DNA from: a virus
Direction: 5' to 3' (one strand)
UHGV virus genome: UHGV-0206534
DNA length: 47,037 nucleotides
Shown: one piece after another, positions 18,020 through 26,801 of the stretch
How positions within the stretch are numbered: the first letter of the stretch is position 1
Layout: each line of letters starts with the position of its first letter
Made by a program: the position numbers and the translations under genes
The notes under the pieces: model-generated
Databases searched by the model: none
What the model saw: only the letters and a program-made list of their open reading frames with translations
What the model was told of the DNA's origin: nothing

Positions 18020-18235
18020 ATGAAAAAGTGGCAGGAGGTGACAGAGGTTCATAAGCGCGATTGCCGGGAGACTCTGCAAATGCTTAATGTGCCAGAGTCA
18101 ATCATTAAATCTATCGAGCAGCGAATTGACCTCGCTGCTATGGAGGCAGCCCATGAAGCCGAGGAAGCGCAAATGTTGTCATGGATGGACAGAACTCTAC
18201 CGGGCGTTTTACATCGTGGTAAGACTACCGATTGA
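18020..18235 (+). CDS. Hypothetical protein (71 aa)
   Basis: RBS AAAAGGTGGTG before the ATG. Confidence 0.45.
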   Translation: MKKWQEVTEVHKRDCRETLQMLNVPESIIKSIEQRIDLAAMEAAHEAEEAQMLSWMDRTLPGVLHRGKTTD

Positions 18236-18318
18236 AGATGAAGACGGGTATCTGCACAACCATAGTCAGGTGCTCAAATATTATGGCGTTCACTATAAAG
18301 TTCTGATGGAGAGAAAAA

Positions 18319-18510
18319 ATGACTACTGACCAGGTATACGAAAAAGAGTTACTGAACAAGCTGGAAGAACTTGACCGCACTCGCGCATGGGTGGAAGGCG
18401 AATTGCGAGAGGTTCGCAACCGCATGCAACGGCAGGTTAACCGCGAAGTTATCGAATGGCGCGAAGGGCGCCCGCATTTCAGCGATATTGGTGAATGGGT
18501 GGCGAAATGA
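18319..18510 (+). CDS. Hypothetical coiled-coil protein (63 aa)
   Basis: RBS GGAGAG. Confidence 0.45.
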   Translation: MTTDQVYEKELLNKLEELDRTRAWVEGELREVRNRMQRQVNREVIEWREGRPHFSDIGEWVAK

Positions 18511-18731
18511 GTAAGGCCAGCACGCTTCTTCAGCTAATCATGGCTGATATCAGGGAGAGTAATGCAAGATGCGACCGGCAGAAAAATCAGCCTGACCGCC
18601 GAACATTGATGCAGATGCTGCATCCCAAGAAAAAGAGAGATTATCGCAGGGGTAGGGTTTTGCGTAAACTTTGTGATATCCAGATGAAATTTATTATTAA
18701 GGAGGCAGTGAATGAAGCCAATGATGAATGA
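18507..18731 (+). CDS. Hypothetical basic protein (74 aa)
   Basis: ATGA overlap with the upstream gene. Confidence 0.4.
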   Translation: MSKASTLLQLIMADIRESNARCDRQKNQPDRRTLMQMLHPKKKRDYRRGRVLRKLCDIQMKFIIKEAVNEANDE

Positions 18732-18963
18732 TGAAGGCATTCTGGAGTGCCCTCTATGCCAAGCCACTACTTCACATGCAGAGCAAGTATATCCGGCTTT
18801 TTCTATCGCGGGATGGGTTGTAGAGTGCTATGAGTGCGGATGCACAACAGGAAAGCATGCAACAAAAAACGGCGCCATTGAGTCATGGAACACCAGAAAC
18901 GGCCACCTCTACACTGCTGACGACTACAAACAGGATGCACTGGAGCGTGAGTGTGGACTTTAA
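18712..18963 (+). CDS. lar: Lar-family restriction alleviation protein
   Basis: CPLCQ...(21)...ECYECGC...AIESWNTRN matches the Lar-family CxxC...CxxC...A(I/W)..WNRR architecture. Confidence 0.6.
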   Translation: MKPMMNDEGILECPLCQATTSHAEQVYPAFSIAGWVVECYECGCTTGKHATKNGAIESWNTRNGHLYTADDYKQDALERECGL

Positions 18964-19423
18964 AACGCAAATACTCACGGTGATAGAGCGCTGCGGTGGT
19001 GCAACAAATGCGATGATACGCAAGCAGACTGGCATGACAAATCGAGCCAGTGTTACTGGCTATCTGATTGAACCGGAGAGCATGGGGTTTATTATTAAAG
19101 AGGAAAGCGTCAGCTATGGCAGGCGCTGCTTTAAGTATTTCCTCAATCCCGGCAACACTGCGCTTGATTTGGCTATTCAGGCTTATCTTGAGGCGAACCC
19201 TGGGCGCAAAAGCAAGCAGATAACGGAGGCTGTCGGAGTCAACTACACCATCATCAAGGCACGCATGCGCTATCTGGCAAGCATTGGTCAGGTTGACCGT
19301 GAAATGCTTCCCGGCGGCTCATGGAAATATTACTGGCAGGAGGTTATCCCGTTTGGCGTGAGTCGTGACAGGATGATGTTTGAAAAGCTGCTTGCCGGGG
19401 CGCGCCAGTCATGTGGTCGGTAA
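18935..19423 (+). CDS. Putative winged-helix DNA-binding protein; start uncertain (ATG 18935 or GTG 18947)
   Basis: Two wHTH-like segments: ILTVIERCGGATNAMIRKQTGM and ITEAVGVNYTIIKARMRYL. Confidence 0.4.
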   Translation: MHWSVSVDFKTQILTVIERCGGATNAMIRKQTGMTNRASVTGYLIEPESMGFIIKEESVSYGRRCFKYFLNPGNTALDLAIQAYLEANPGRKSKQITEAVGVNYTIIKARMRYLASIGQVDREMLPGGSWKYYWQEVIPFGVSRDRMMFEKLLAGARQSCGR

Positions 19424-19686
19424 AGCATAAATCAGGAACCGTGCTGTTTGTCACTGACTGTGAGCGAACGGCTGATAACCGCAGAGAAATGGGGTGGATA
19501 GTGGAAAAGTTAACGGCAATAGAGAGTCTGGCGAAAATAAACGAAGACAATAAGCGGGTTGTTACGGTAAACGTTGGCGTTTTGAAGGCCGCCCTTGCCG
19601 AGATAAAGGCGCACGTGGCCGTGAATGGTGAGGGTCTCATGACTCGCGCTATTATTAGAGCTTTAGAGGAAGGTATTAATAAATGA
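19411..19686 (+). CDS. Hypothetical protein (91 aa)
   Basis: Coupled ORF. Confidence 0.45.
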   Translation: MWSVKHKSGTVLFVTDCERTADNRREMGWIVEKLTAIESLAKINEDNKRVVTVNVGVLKAALAEIKAHVAVNGEGLMTRAIIRALEEGINK

Positions 19687-20027
19687 AACTACAACTCAGT
19701 GAAATCATGGAAGCAACAATCAGCGAACTGGATGACATTGATATGACACTTGCCTTTGAGATTGAGGCTATTGAGCGCCAACTTGCCGGTAATCATGATG
19801 CGGGCAGAGTATGGAAGGAGAAGGCCATGAAAGCGCGTGACCATATGAAACGCACCCGCGCGCTGGTTCGTATTCGCCTTGATAAGCTCTACTACGGTGA
19901 AGAAAGAATGTTGCATGGCGCCATTCTGGCTGAAATCCGCAAAACCATGCCTGTCGGGAAATTCATGGATGCAGTAAACCGTGCGAAAATTAACTGCGGA
20001 ATGCTAAATAAGAATAGTCCTCAATAA
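19683..20027 (+). CDS. Hypothetical protein (114 aa)
   Basis: ATGA overlap. Confidence 0.45.
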   Translation: MKLQLSEIMEATISELDDIDMTLAFEIEAIERQLAGNHDAGRVWKEKAMKARDHMKRTRALVRIRLDKLYYGEERMLHGAILAEIRKTMPVGKFMDAVNRAKINCGMLNKNSPQ

Positions 20028-20071
20028 ATCTTCATCATTGGCTGCTACCTTTCATTCAGGAGGTAGCATCC

Positions 20072-20194
20072 ATGCCAATCATACTAATATCATTCTTTGC
20101 TACTCTTTTTGCTTTTACCGCGTCCCCGCTTTACCTTCTCGCGTCCGTTTCTTGGTGCATATTCATGGTGTGTTATAATCCGGGCATAAAGTAA
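20072..20194 (+). CDS. Hydrophobic 40-aa peptide with strong SD
   Basis: AGGAGG lies 8 nt before the ATG. The SD sits inside the hairpin GCTACCT...AGGTAGC. Confidence 0.3.
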   Translation: MPIILISFFATLFAFTASPLYLLASVSWCIFMVCYNPGIK

Positions 20195-20209
20195 GCGCGG
20201 AGAAAGGTC

Positions 20210-21619
20210 ATGATTGTCAAAATTGGCGACAAATGGGTCGTTAAATCTAAGGATGGCTCGCACCAGTTTGGCGAGTACGACACCGAAGAGGCGGCAAAAA
20301 AGCGCCTTGCTGAGGTGGAGGCATTCAAGCACATGAATAATAAATTACAGGTTAACATCCTTTACACCATCAATTCATCCAGCAATATCAGTGAAAAAAT
20401 CATCGACGGAGACCCGCACTACATTATTAAAAATGTCGTACCGGTTGTTGATGACATTGTGATGAACGATGGCCTTTATCCGGCTGATGAGATTAAGAAG
20501 TCATTTCGTGGCCTTGACGGCAAGCCAGCGCCGTACAATCACCCGATGATTGATGGGAAATACGTATCAGCCAGCATGACGCGCGCAGCTAACCAGTTCA
20601 GCGTTGGTGCATGGATTGAAAACTCAACTCATGACGGCAGCAAGGCTCTGGTAGACCTTTACATCAATAAAGTGGTAGCCGAGCGCTCTGATAATGGCCG
20701 GGAGTTGCTGTCGCGCATTGACGCGTTGAAAAATAATGCCGATGGTGCGGAACCGGTGCAGGTTTCCACTGGCCTGCTACTGAATCGCGAGAAGGCATCC
20801 GGTAAGTCAAAGGGCAAAAAGTACTCCTGGATTGCCCGCAATATGGAATGGGATCACCTTGCCATTCTGCCGCCCGGCGTTCCCGGTGCTGGTAGCCCTG
20901 ATGACGGTGTCGGCATCTTTGCCACCAACGGGCAGGAAATCGAGCGCATCACCGTTAACCTTGAGGAATCAACCATGCCCGACACAAGCGCCGACCATTT
21001 AAATAAATCCTGGCTCAAAAAGCTGGTGAGATACATGGTCAAAAACAGCGACCTGTCATTTGACGATATCACCAGCCAGATTCGCAGTATTTTGCAGGCG
21101 GAATTGGGTAAGGATAGCTGGCCTTATATCGTTGCCGTCTATGATGACCGCGCCGGATTCGAAATTGACGGTCAACTTTACCAGCAGCCCTACATCATTC
21201 AGGAAGATATGGTAAAATTGGTCGGTGAGCGGGTTAAGGCTGTTTATAAAACAGAACTTGAACCGGTAAAATCAAACGAAGGGGATATCTCAATGACTAA
21301 CGAGGAATTACAGGTCATCCTGACCAATGCCCTCAAACCGGTTCAGGAAAAGCTTGATTCGGTTAATACTGAGCTGGCACTCGTAAAACAACAGAACGCC
21401 GACATGCAGAAGGTGCTGAGCGCCAATGCAGAGCAGGAAGAAACGGTGATGCGTGCTGCCATCTTGAAAGAGTTGAAACTGCCTGAATCGGCTGTCAACG
21501 CCCTGACTGGCGATGCGCTGCGCGAAACCTACGCACTGACCAGCAAAGCCCCTGCGATTAAAGGCGGCATGCAGGGCAACAGCGCCGACGATGATTTCTC
21601 TATGGAGGCACCTGAATAA
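20210..21619 (+). CDS. Putative capsid scaffolding/prohead protease protein
   Basis: 469 aa, immediately upstream of the decoration-like and major capsid genes. Coiled-coil C-terminal half. Confidence 0.45.
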   Translation: MIVKIGDKWVVKSKDGSHQFGEYDTEEAAKKRLAEVEAFKHMNNKLQVNILYTINSSSNISEKIIDGDPHYIIKNVVPVVDDIVMNDGLYPADEIKKSFRGLDGKPAPYNHPMIDGKYVSASMTRAANQFSVGAWIENSTHDGSKALVDLYINKVVAERSDNGRELLSRIDALKNNADGAEPVQVSTGLLLNREKASGKSKGKKYSWIARNMEWDHLAILPPGVPGAGSPDDGVGIFATNGQEIERITVNLEESTMPDTSADHLNKSWLKKLVRYMVKNSDLSFDDITSQIRSILQAELGKDSWPYIVAVYDDRAGFEIDGQLYQQPYIIQEDMVKLVGERVKAVYKTELEPVKSNEGDISMTNEELQVILTNALKPVQEKLDSVNTELALVKQQNADMQKVLSANAEQEETVMRAAILKELKLPESAVNALTGDALRETYALTSKAPAIKGGMQGNSADDDFSMEAPE

Positions 21620-22083
21620 TGGCTACTATCCGTTATGGCACCATCATCGGCGGCCCGGCCCGCAAAAACGACCCGCAGCTGCGCGAAGGTCTGATGAGCG
21701 CCGCTCTGCAACCTGGCGCACTGGTAGACTTCAACTCCTCCGACCAAATCATCGCGCATGCGACTGCTGGCGGCCAGGGCTTCCCTTACGTTCTGCAACA
21801 CAACTATGTTGGCGGCGGCGACGTAAGCGAAGCTGTACCGGCAAATGCTACCGGCATGGCGGTGCAGTGCGAATTTGGGGTAACGTATCACGCTCTGGTT
21901 GCGGCATCCTCAGCACTGGTAAAAGGTACTCCGCTGGCAAGCAATGGCTCCGGCGCGTTAAAAGTGGCTGAAGCAGGTGAAAACATCCTGTTTTATGCGT
22001 ATGAAGCCTACACCGTAGCATCTGATGGCGCTGAACTCGTTGCAGTTCGTCGCGCTGGCAATGCTGCAATGCCTGCGGCGTAA
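21619..22083 (+). CDS. Putative head decoration/cement protein
   Basis: 154-aa Gly/Ala-rich protein between the scaffold and major capsid genes. Confidence 0.4.
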   Translation: MATIRYGTIIGGPARKNDPQLREGLMSAALQPGALVDFNSSDQIIAHATAGGQGFPYVLQHNYVGGGDVSEAVPANATGMAVQCEFGVTYHALVAASSALVKGTPLASNGSGALKVAEAGENILFYAYEAYTVASDGAELVAVRRAGNAAMPAA

Positions 22084-22094
22084 GGAGCCGAATA

Positions 22095-23183
22095 ATGGAA
22101 AAGATTATCTTTACGAAAGGCTTAATCACCAACTCGCAGGTGGTTAAAGAGCAATGGCGCCACCTGACTGTTGACCGCAAGGTTTTCATTAATGGTGAAA
22201 ACGCTCTGGCGAAAGAATACGGCTTGAACGCCACCGCACTGGTAACGAAAGATTACTGGCGCGAAGTGGACGACGTGACTACCCGTGTATTCCGCAATGA
22301 GTCCGGCATGGATATGATGGCCGACCTGATGACGCTGGCGACCAACATCAACATCGGTAAGACCGTGGCAATTAGCCGCATGGCTTCCGACGCTGGTAAG
22401 GTTGTGCGCACCATCTCCGGGCAGGAGCCTGAAGACCTGGATAAAACCCGCTATTCCTACAGCGGCGATGTAATCCCAATTTTCAAAACTGGTTATGGCC
22501 GCGAGTGGCGCGAACTGCTGGGTATGCAGTCTGAAGGTTTCGACCCGCTGATTGATGACCAGGAAAGCACCACCTTCAACCTGCGTGCAGATATGGCAGA
22601 TTACCTGCTGGTCGGCGATGCAAGCCTGAACGTGAACGGTGTTTATACTGCCTACGGCATCACCAACCACCCGAACACCGTACAGCTCAACCTGAGCGCT
22701 TCCGGCACTGGCGCGCTGAACATCGACCTGCAAACTGCAACCCCTGACGAAATCGTTGAGTTCTTCAACCAGGATTTCCAGGCGGTTCTGGATGCGCAGA
22801 ACGTGTTCGAGCCGGTAACTCTGTGGGTTTCTCCGGCTGTGCGACGCTCCTTCAGTCGCCCGTACTCCAACGCGGCAGGCTTCAAAGGCGGCACCATTGA
22901 GGATTATATCCTCGCATTCGGCAAAACTGGCAACGTTGGCCGCATCGCGTCTATCGGCACCAACTTCAAGCTGACCGGAAACCATTTCGTCGGCTATGTG
23001 AAGAATGCGCTGTATATTCGCCCTCGCGTCGCTCAGCCGGTATCAACCTATGCAGAGCCGCGCACCACGCCGCATGCTAACTTTAACTTCCTGACCTGGG
23101 CTGCTATGGGCCTGCAAATTCGCCGGGATTTCTCGGGTCGAAGCAAAGTTTTCAACGGCTACGGCACGCAAACCGCGCTGTAA
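22095..23183 (+). CDS. Major capsid protein
   Basis: 362 aa, with strong codon bias. Followed directly by a strong terminator. Confidence 0.7.
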   Translation: MEKIIFTKGLITNSQVVKEQWRHLTVDRKVFINGENALAKEYGLNATALVTKDYWREVDDVTTRVFRNESGMDMMADLMTLATNINIGKTVAISRMASDAGKVVRTISGQEPEDLDKTRYSYSGDVIPIFKTGYGREWRELLGMQSEGFDPLIDDQESTTFNLRADMADYLLVGDASLNVNGVYTAYGITNHPNTVQLNLSASGTGALNIDLQTATPDEIVEFFNQDFQAVLDAQNVFEPVTLWVSPAVRRSFSRPYSNAAGFKGGTIEDYILAFGKTGNVGRIASIGTNFKLTGNHFVGYVKNALYIRPRVAQPVSTYAEPRTTPHANFNFLTWAAMGLQIRRDFSGRSKVFNGYGTQTAL

Positions 23184-23184
23184 A

Positions 23185-23210
23185 AATAAAGGGGCGAATA
23201 GCCCCTTTTT
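23185..23210 (+). terminator. Rho-independent terminator
   Basis: AAAGGGGCGAATAGCCCCTTTTT. Confidence 0.8.
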
Positions 23211-23227
23211 AACTATCAGAGGTTATC

Positions 23228-23422
23228 ATGGCTAAATATGAAGTAATCGCCAGCGGAATCTTTATCAAGGACAAGGATGGTCGTTTGCGTGAACTTGCCA
23301 TTGGCGACGTCATTGACGAATCGACTCCGCACATTGAGTCAAAACTTCGCCCGGTTAGTGAGAAAATTCTGGAAGTTGCAACTCCGCAAGAATCGCAGCC
23401 AAAGGCGAAGAAAGCTAAATAG
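23228..23422 (+). CDS. Hypothetical small protein (64 aa)
   Basis: RBS AGAGGTTATC before the ATG. Flanked by terminators. Confidence 0.45.
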   Translation: MAKYEVIASGIFIKDKDGRLRELAIGDVIDESTPHIESKLRPVSEKILEVATPQESQPKAKKAK

Positions 23423-23452
23423 AAAAGCCCCGGAAGGGGCTTTTGTTTATTT
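23422..23452. terminator. Bidirectional rho-independent terminator
   Basis: GAAAAGCCCCGGAAGGGGCTTTTGTTTATTTT. Confidence 0.8.
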
Positions 23453-23587
23453 TAGCGTGAACCAAACCTTATCTTCTTTTTCATGCAGGTGGTCGCGCTC
23501 TTTTGGTTCTGGAAAATCCTTTGGTTCTAGCCCCATCTCGCAAGCGGTATCAAAAGAAATATCATCTTCGTCAATGTTGTCACTCAT
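23447..23587 (-). CDS. Small acidic protein (46 aa)
   Basis: Last gene of the leftward operon, 2 nt downstream of the clamp-like gene. Confidence 0.3.
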   Translation of the reverse strand: MSDNIDEDDISFDTACEMGLEPKDFPEPKERDHLHEKEDKVWFTLK

Positions 23588-23589
23588 CA

Positions 23590-24126
23590 CTAAATCCTCA
23601 TCGGCATAACGATAACTTTTGCAGTCTCGCCAGTCGGCGCACTGATGCTTGCGACAGCGGCGCTGGTATTTCCGTTCAGCTCAAAGAGCACCGCTTCATA
23701 TTTCGGGTTAAACAGCTTAGCAAGCTTCTCAGCATCTGCCGGGTATTTGGCGTTGAAGCCGATTTGCTCAGTTGGTGTAGTCTCCTTCGGGATAACGCGA
23801 TCAATGTCAGGGAATCGGCCATCAATCTCAGAACAGATACCTGCGCCTACCATAATTTCATGCTCGTCATGGTAGGTGACAGTGTTTGTTTTGTTATCCA
23901 GCACCGCGTAATCATAGCGCTTAGTTGGCGACTTGCTAACTGATACAATGATGTTATCGTCAAGTTTATTATTGTGCTTATCACTAACAAACAGGCGATG
24001 CCCATCAGTTGCCGCCACGCGACCATCAGGCATAAAGCAAATTCCGTTCAGGTAATAACGCACATCGTTTTTCGCCTGAAACATTAATGCGCCCTCGAGT
24101 AATAACTTACTAATTTTTAATTTCAT
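23590..24126 (-). CDS. Truncated DNA polymerase III beta sliding-clamp homolog (domains II-III only)
   Basis: VRYYLNGICF...ATDGHRLFV aligns with E. coli DnaN VRYYLNGMLFE...ATDGHRLAV. IDGRFPDIDRVIPK matches VDGRFPDYRRVLPK. C-terminal VIVMPMRI matches YVVMPMRL. Confidence 0.7.
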   Translation of the reverse strand: MKLKISKLLLEGALMFQAKNDVRYYLNGICFMPDGRVAATDGHRLFVSDKHNNKLDDNIIVSVSKSPTKRYDYAVLDNKTNTVTYHDEHEIMVGAGICSEIDGRFPDIDRVIPKETTPTEQIGFNAKYPADAEKLAKLFNPKYEAVLFELNGNTSAAVASISAPTGETAKVIVMPMRI

Positions 24127-24299
24127 TTCTTAACCTTCACCATGTGTTGTTTTGCAACCTTCAGGCATTCATCAAAAATCTTGCCTTTCTTCTCACTCTG
24201 ATTGCATCTGTAGTGGGTAATTGCGGCCTCTATAGCCGCATTGTCGATACCTGGCAGTTTTTCGCGCATGTTTTTCTCTATGAATTGTTCGTGGTTCAT
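24123..24299 (-). CDS. Hypothetical small basic protein (58 aa)
   Basis: ATGA overlaps on both sides. Confidence 0.35.
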   Translation of the reverse strand: MNHEQFIEKNMREKLPGIDNAAIEAAITHYRCNQSEKKGKIFDECLKVAKQHMVKVKK

Positions 24300-24556
24300 C
24301 TTTGCAGCCTAAATGAAATATTACTCCCACCTATTGCAACATAACGGAATTTTCCGCAACCTTTTTTGACCCTGCACTTTCTGTATCGGTAGCGTCGCAT
24401 TTCATGGTAGGCCTTTTCTGTCAAAAGGAATATGAATCCCCTATCAATGGCGCCAGCAACCTCAACCACGGATTTAGACATTTGATCAATAATGTCTTTA
24501 GTGCTCATAGAAGACCAATCCACGCTATGACCACTATTAATTAATCCTTTCATCAC
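24296..24556 (-). CDS. Hypothetical protein (86 aa)
   Basis: ATGA overlaps on both sides. Confidence 0.4.
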   Translation of the reverse strand: MMKGLINSGHSVDWSSMSTKDIIDQMSKSVVEVAGAIDRGFIFLLTEKAYHEMRRYRYRKCRVKKGCGKFRYVAIGGSNISFRLQR

Positions 24557-25368
24557 AGCTTCTCCAGAATCGCCAGCACCTCACTCAACTCAGCAGAAGG
24601 AAGGCGCAAAAATTCTTCTGTCTCCTGTGCCACATGGCCCTCAGCGACAACCATGTGATCTGCTTCTTTCAGCAACTGAATCAGGCGGTCAATCGGCTTA
24701 ACTTTTTTGGCCTTGAGCGTTTTCGCCGTCACCTTATCTTTTCCCTGCGCTTTCGCTTCCTCAACGGCAGCATCAATAACGTTAACGGCATCATCGCCAT
24801 GCTCACGTGCGACCGCAACGGCGTTGGAATAGCTGATTTGGCCTGCATTGATGCGCTGCTTGATGGCGTCAGGCACGTCACCAAGTGACAAGTGCATCTG
24901 CACATCAGAAACCGAGCGACCTACTTTTTTGGCGATTTCTTCATTCGTCCACCCGAACCCTTTGAGGCGTACATAAGCCTTTGCACGCTCAAGCGGGTCA
25001 AGCTGCTTTCCTTGACTGGATGACACCATGAAGGCGATTTTATCCGCTTCATCGCCGGTGAAGTCTTTGCACTCAATGCGCGCAATTGGTACGCCGCGCT
25101 CAATGGCACGCAGTGCGCCAAGATAACGATGCTGGCCGTCAAGAATCTTGATGCGCTTTCCGTCAGCATCAGGAATAACAGTTAACGCCGGGATTGGCTG
25201 GCCTTATTCCCAGCACTGCGCGAAGTATTCAACGTGCTGCTCATCGGCTTCGCGGATGTTGTACCCAGGATCAAGATAAAGCTGGTCGACAGGAACCTGA
25301 TAACCTTTGTTGACCACGATTCCGCCGCGAGTTTCTTTGTCTGAGTAAATTTTTCCGAGAGATGTCAT
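24553..25368 (-). pseudogene. ParB-like nuclease/HTH domain gene interrupted by a single in-frame TAA (25204-25206)
   Basis: Continuous frame from ATG 25368 (RBS GAGGAAAAG). The N-terminal 54 codons end at TAA. The same frame continues ...GKRIKILDGQHRYLGALRA (ParB box) ... TNEEIAKKVGRSVSDVQMHLSL (HTH). Confidence 0.55.
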
Positions 25369-25375
25369 CTTTTCC

Positions 25376-25492
25376 TCACTTTAACAAACAGATTGCGCTG
25401 GCAATGGCGAATCCGATAACGATTAACGCCAGCTTAATTTTGAAGTTGCGCCATGCCTTCAGGTCTTCTTTGCGGATTTCGTGGCGGATCAT
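25376..25492 (-). CDS. Small membrane protein (38 aa)
   Basis: ATGA overlap with the Ea22-like gene. One TM helix. Confidence 0.3.
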   Translation of the reverse strand: MIRHEIRKEDLKAWRNFKIKLALIVIGFAIASAICLLK

Positions 25493-25800
25493 TGTGATTC
25501 TCCGATTGCTTTGGCGATGGCATCTTTAGCTTTCGAGGTGTTAACGTAGACACATGCGCGAGCTTCCAAATCCATCAGCGCTTCCAGCAATTCAGGCGCG
25601 GCGGCAATGAGCCGTGCATTAGCCATTAGATAATCCATCTGCTCATCATCCGTGGACATAGACACCACGCATTCGGCGAATCTGTAGTGCGGAACTTCAC
25701 CGTTATGGTCAAAATCAAAGATTGCCATTCCATCCTTGATTCTCATGCTCCACGGGCCGTGGTACCCTTTAAACTCTTTCATCTTCATCACCTCTAACAT
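25489..25800 (-). CDS. Ead/Ea22-like protein
   Basis: LMANARLIAAAPELLEAL is a hallmark segment of Ea22/Ead-family proteins. Confidence 0.5.
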   Translation of the reverse strand: MLEVMKMKEFKGYHGPWSMRIKDGMAIFDFDHNGEVPHYRFAECVVSMSTDDEQMDYLMANARLIAAAPELLEALMDLEARACVYVNTSKAKDAIAKAIGESQ

Positions 25801-25811
25801 TTATTGTTGTT

Positions 25812-25853
25812 TCTACGTCATCACTATAGCTATACCCTCAATCTACGTCAACA
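25812..25853. promoter_or_regulatory. Conserved element (two copies) forming a leftward promoter: TTGACGTAGATTGAG, 8 nt, TATAGT
   Basis: On the minus strand, -35 TTGACG, a 17-bp spacer and -10 TATAGT. Same architecture as the 2395-2423 promoter. Confidence 0.55.
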
Positions 25854-26012
25854 CTTTATGATAAAATTAAACCAACAACACTCACCCCGCGCTGTTCCGT
25901 CCTGAAAAACGTAAGGCGGCGAAATTGTATATAGCAATCGGCGTTATCGTCATGGCGTTTTCGCTGGTTCAGGTGTACAGATGCTGGAAGTTCATCATTC
26001 GGAGAATAATTA

Positions 26013-26300
26013 ATGAGAGACGCGCTTCAGCACGCCGCAAACCAGATAATTAGTGGCACTGTCGGCCAGGTAATCGACAAAGCCGGTTATACATCCATCG
26101 GCACGGGTCTTGGCCTGAAGGTGGCAGAGCAGACGCCGGTCGCGCAATCATACATTGCATCAATGATCCCCCATTCAATTACCGAGTGGGCAGCGGTAGC
26201 CTCTATACTTGGCGCGCTGTCACTGGTGGCAAAAAACCTTTTTGAGATGTGGTGGAAGATTCGGGAGAGCAAAAAGAATGGCAGCACCGACAGCAAGTGA
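26013..26300 (+). CDS. Putative holin-like membrane protein (95 aa)
   Basis: Single TM helix (WAAVASILGALSLVA) and a charged C-terminus. RBS GGAGAATAA. Confidence 0.3.
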   Translation: MRDALQHAANQIISGTVGQVIDKAGYTSIGTGLGLKVAEQTPVAQSYIASMIPHSITEWAAVASILGALSLVAKNLFEMWWKIRESKKNGSTDSK

Positions 26301-26670
26301 ACTTGTCGCCGCCATGGCGTCAAGAGGCGTAACTATCACCACGGCGGACGCAACGGGAATCCTGTGTCTGATAGCGAGCATCACAGAGTGCCTTGAGCTT
26401 AATTACCCTGAAGACACATGCAGGCAGGATGCAATTCTGCTATGGGCATCTATCCTGATCGCCTCAAACACTGCCGGGAGATATATCACCAGCCACCGGG
26501 CGCCATCTGGTGCGTCGCAGTCATTTGGCTATGGCAGTAAGCCGTGGATGGCCCTTTACAATCAGATGAAACTACTCGATACGGCAGGCTGCACCGGCGA
26601 CCTTGTGGAGGAGCCTGATGGAAGTGCAAAGCCGTGGTTTCGGGTTGTTACCGGGAGTAAGTGCAGATGA
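26278..26670 (+). CDS. Putative head-tail connector/head completion protein (130 aa)
   Basis: First gene of the head-tail joining block. Internal ATG with RBS GGGAGAGC. Confidence 0.35.
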   Translation: MAAPTASELVAAMASRGVTITTADATGILCLIASITECLELNYPEDTCRQDAILLWASILIASNTAGRYITSHRAPSGASQSFGYGSKPWMALYNQMKLLDTAGCTGDLVEEPDGSAKPWFRVVTGSKCR

Positions 26671-26801
26671 AAACGTCAACATTAACTGTAAATATCGCAA
26701 TCCGTAAATGGTGCATGCCGCTGCTGGTTATTCTGGTGTTGCTGCGCCTTCCTGTTCCGCGCTGGGTTTATACTCTTGAGGACGCACCATGTCAGCAATA
26801 G
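26667..26801 (+). CDS. Small membrane protein (44 aa)
   Basis: ATGA overlap. Hydrophobic core. Confidence 0.3.
   Translation: MKTSTLTVNIAIRKWCMPLLVILVLLRLPVPRWVYTLEDAPCQQ

Noticed and set aside
20090-20332. 80-aa minus-strand ORF
   Set aside because: Overlaps the RBS and start of the 469-aa capsid-module gene on the opposite strand. The plus-strand small peptide with an AGGAGG SD is the better explanation.
22122-22985. 287-aa minus-strand ORF
   Set aside because: Antisense to the major capsid gene. It is a long open frame typical of an antisense artefact in a strongly biased coding region.
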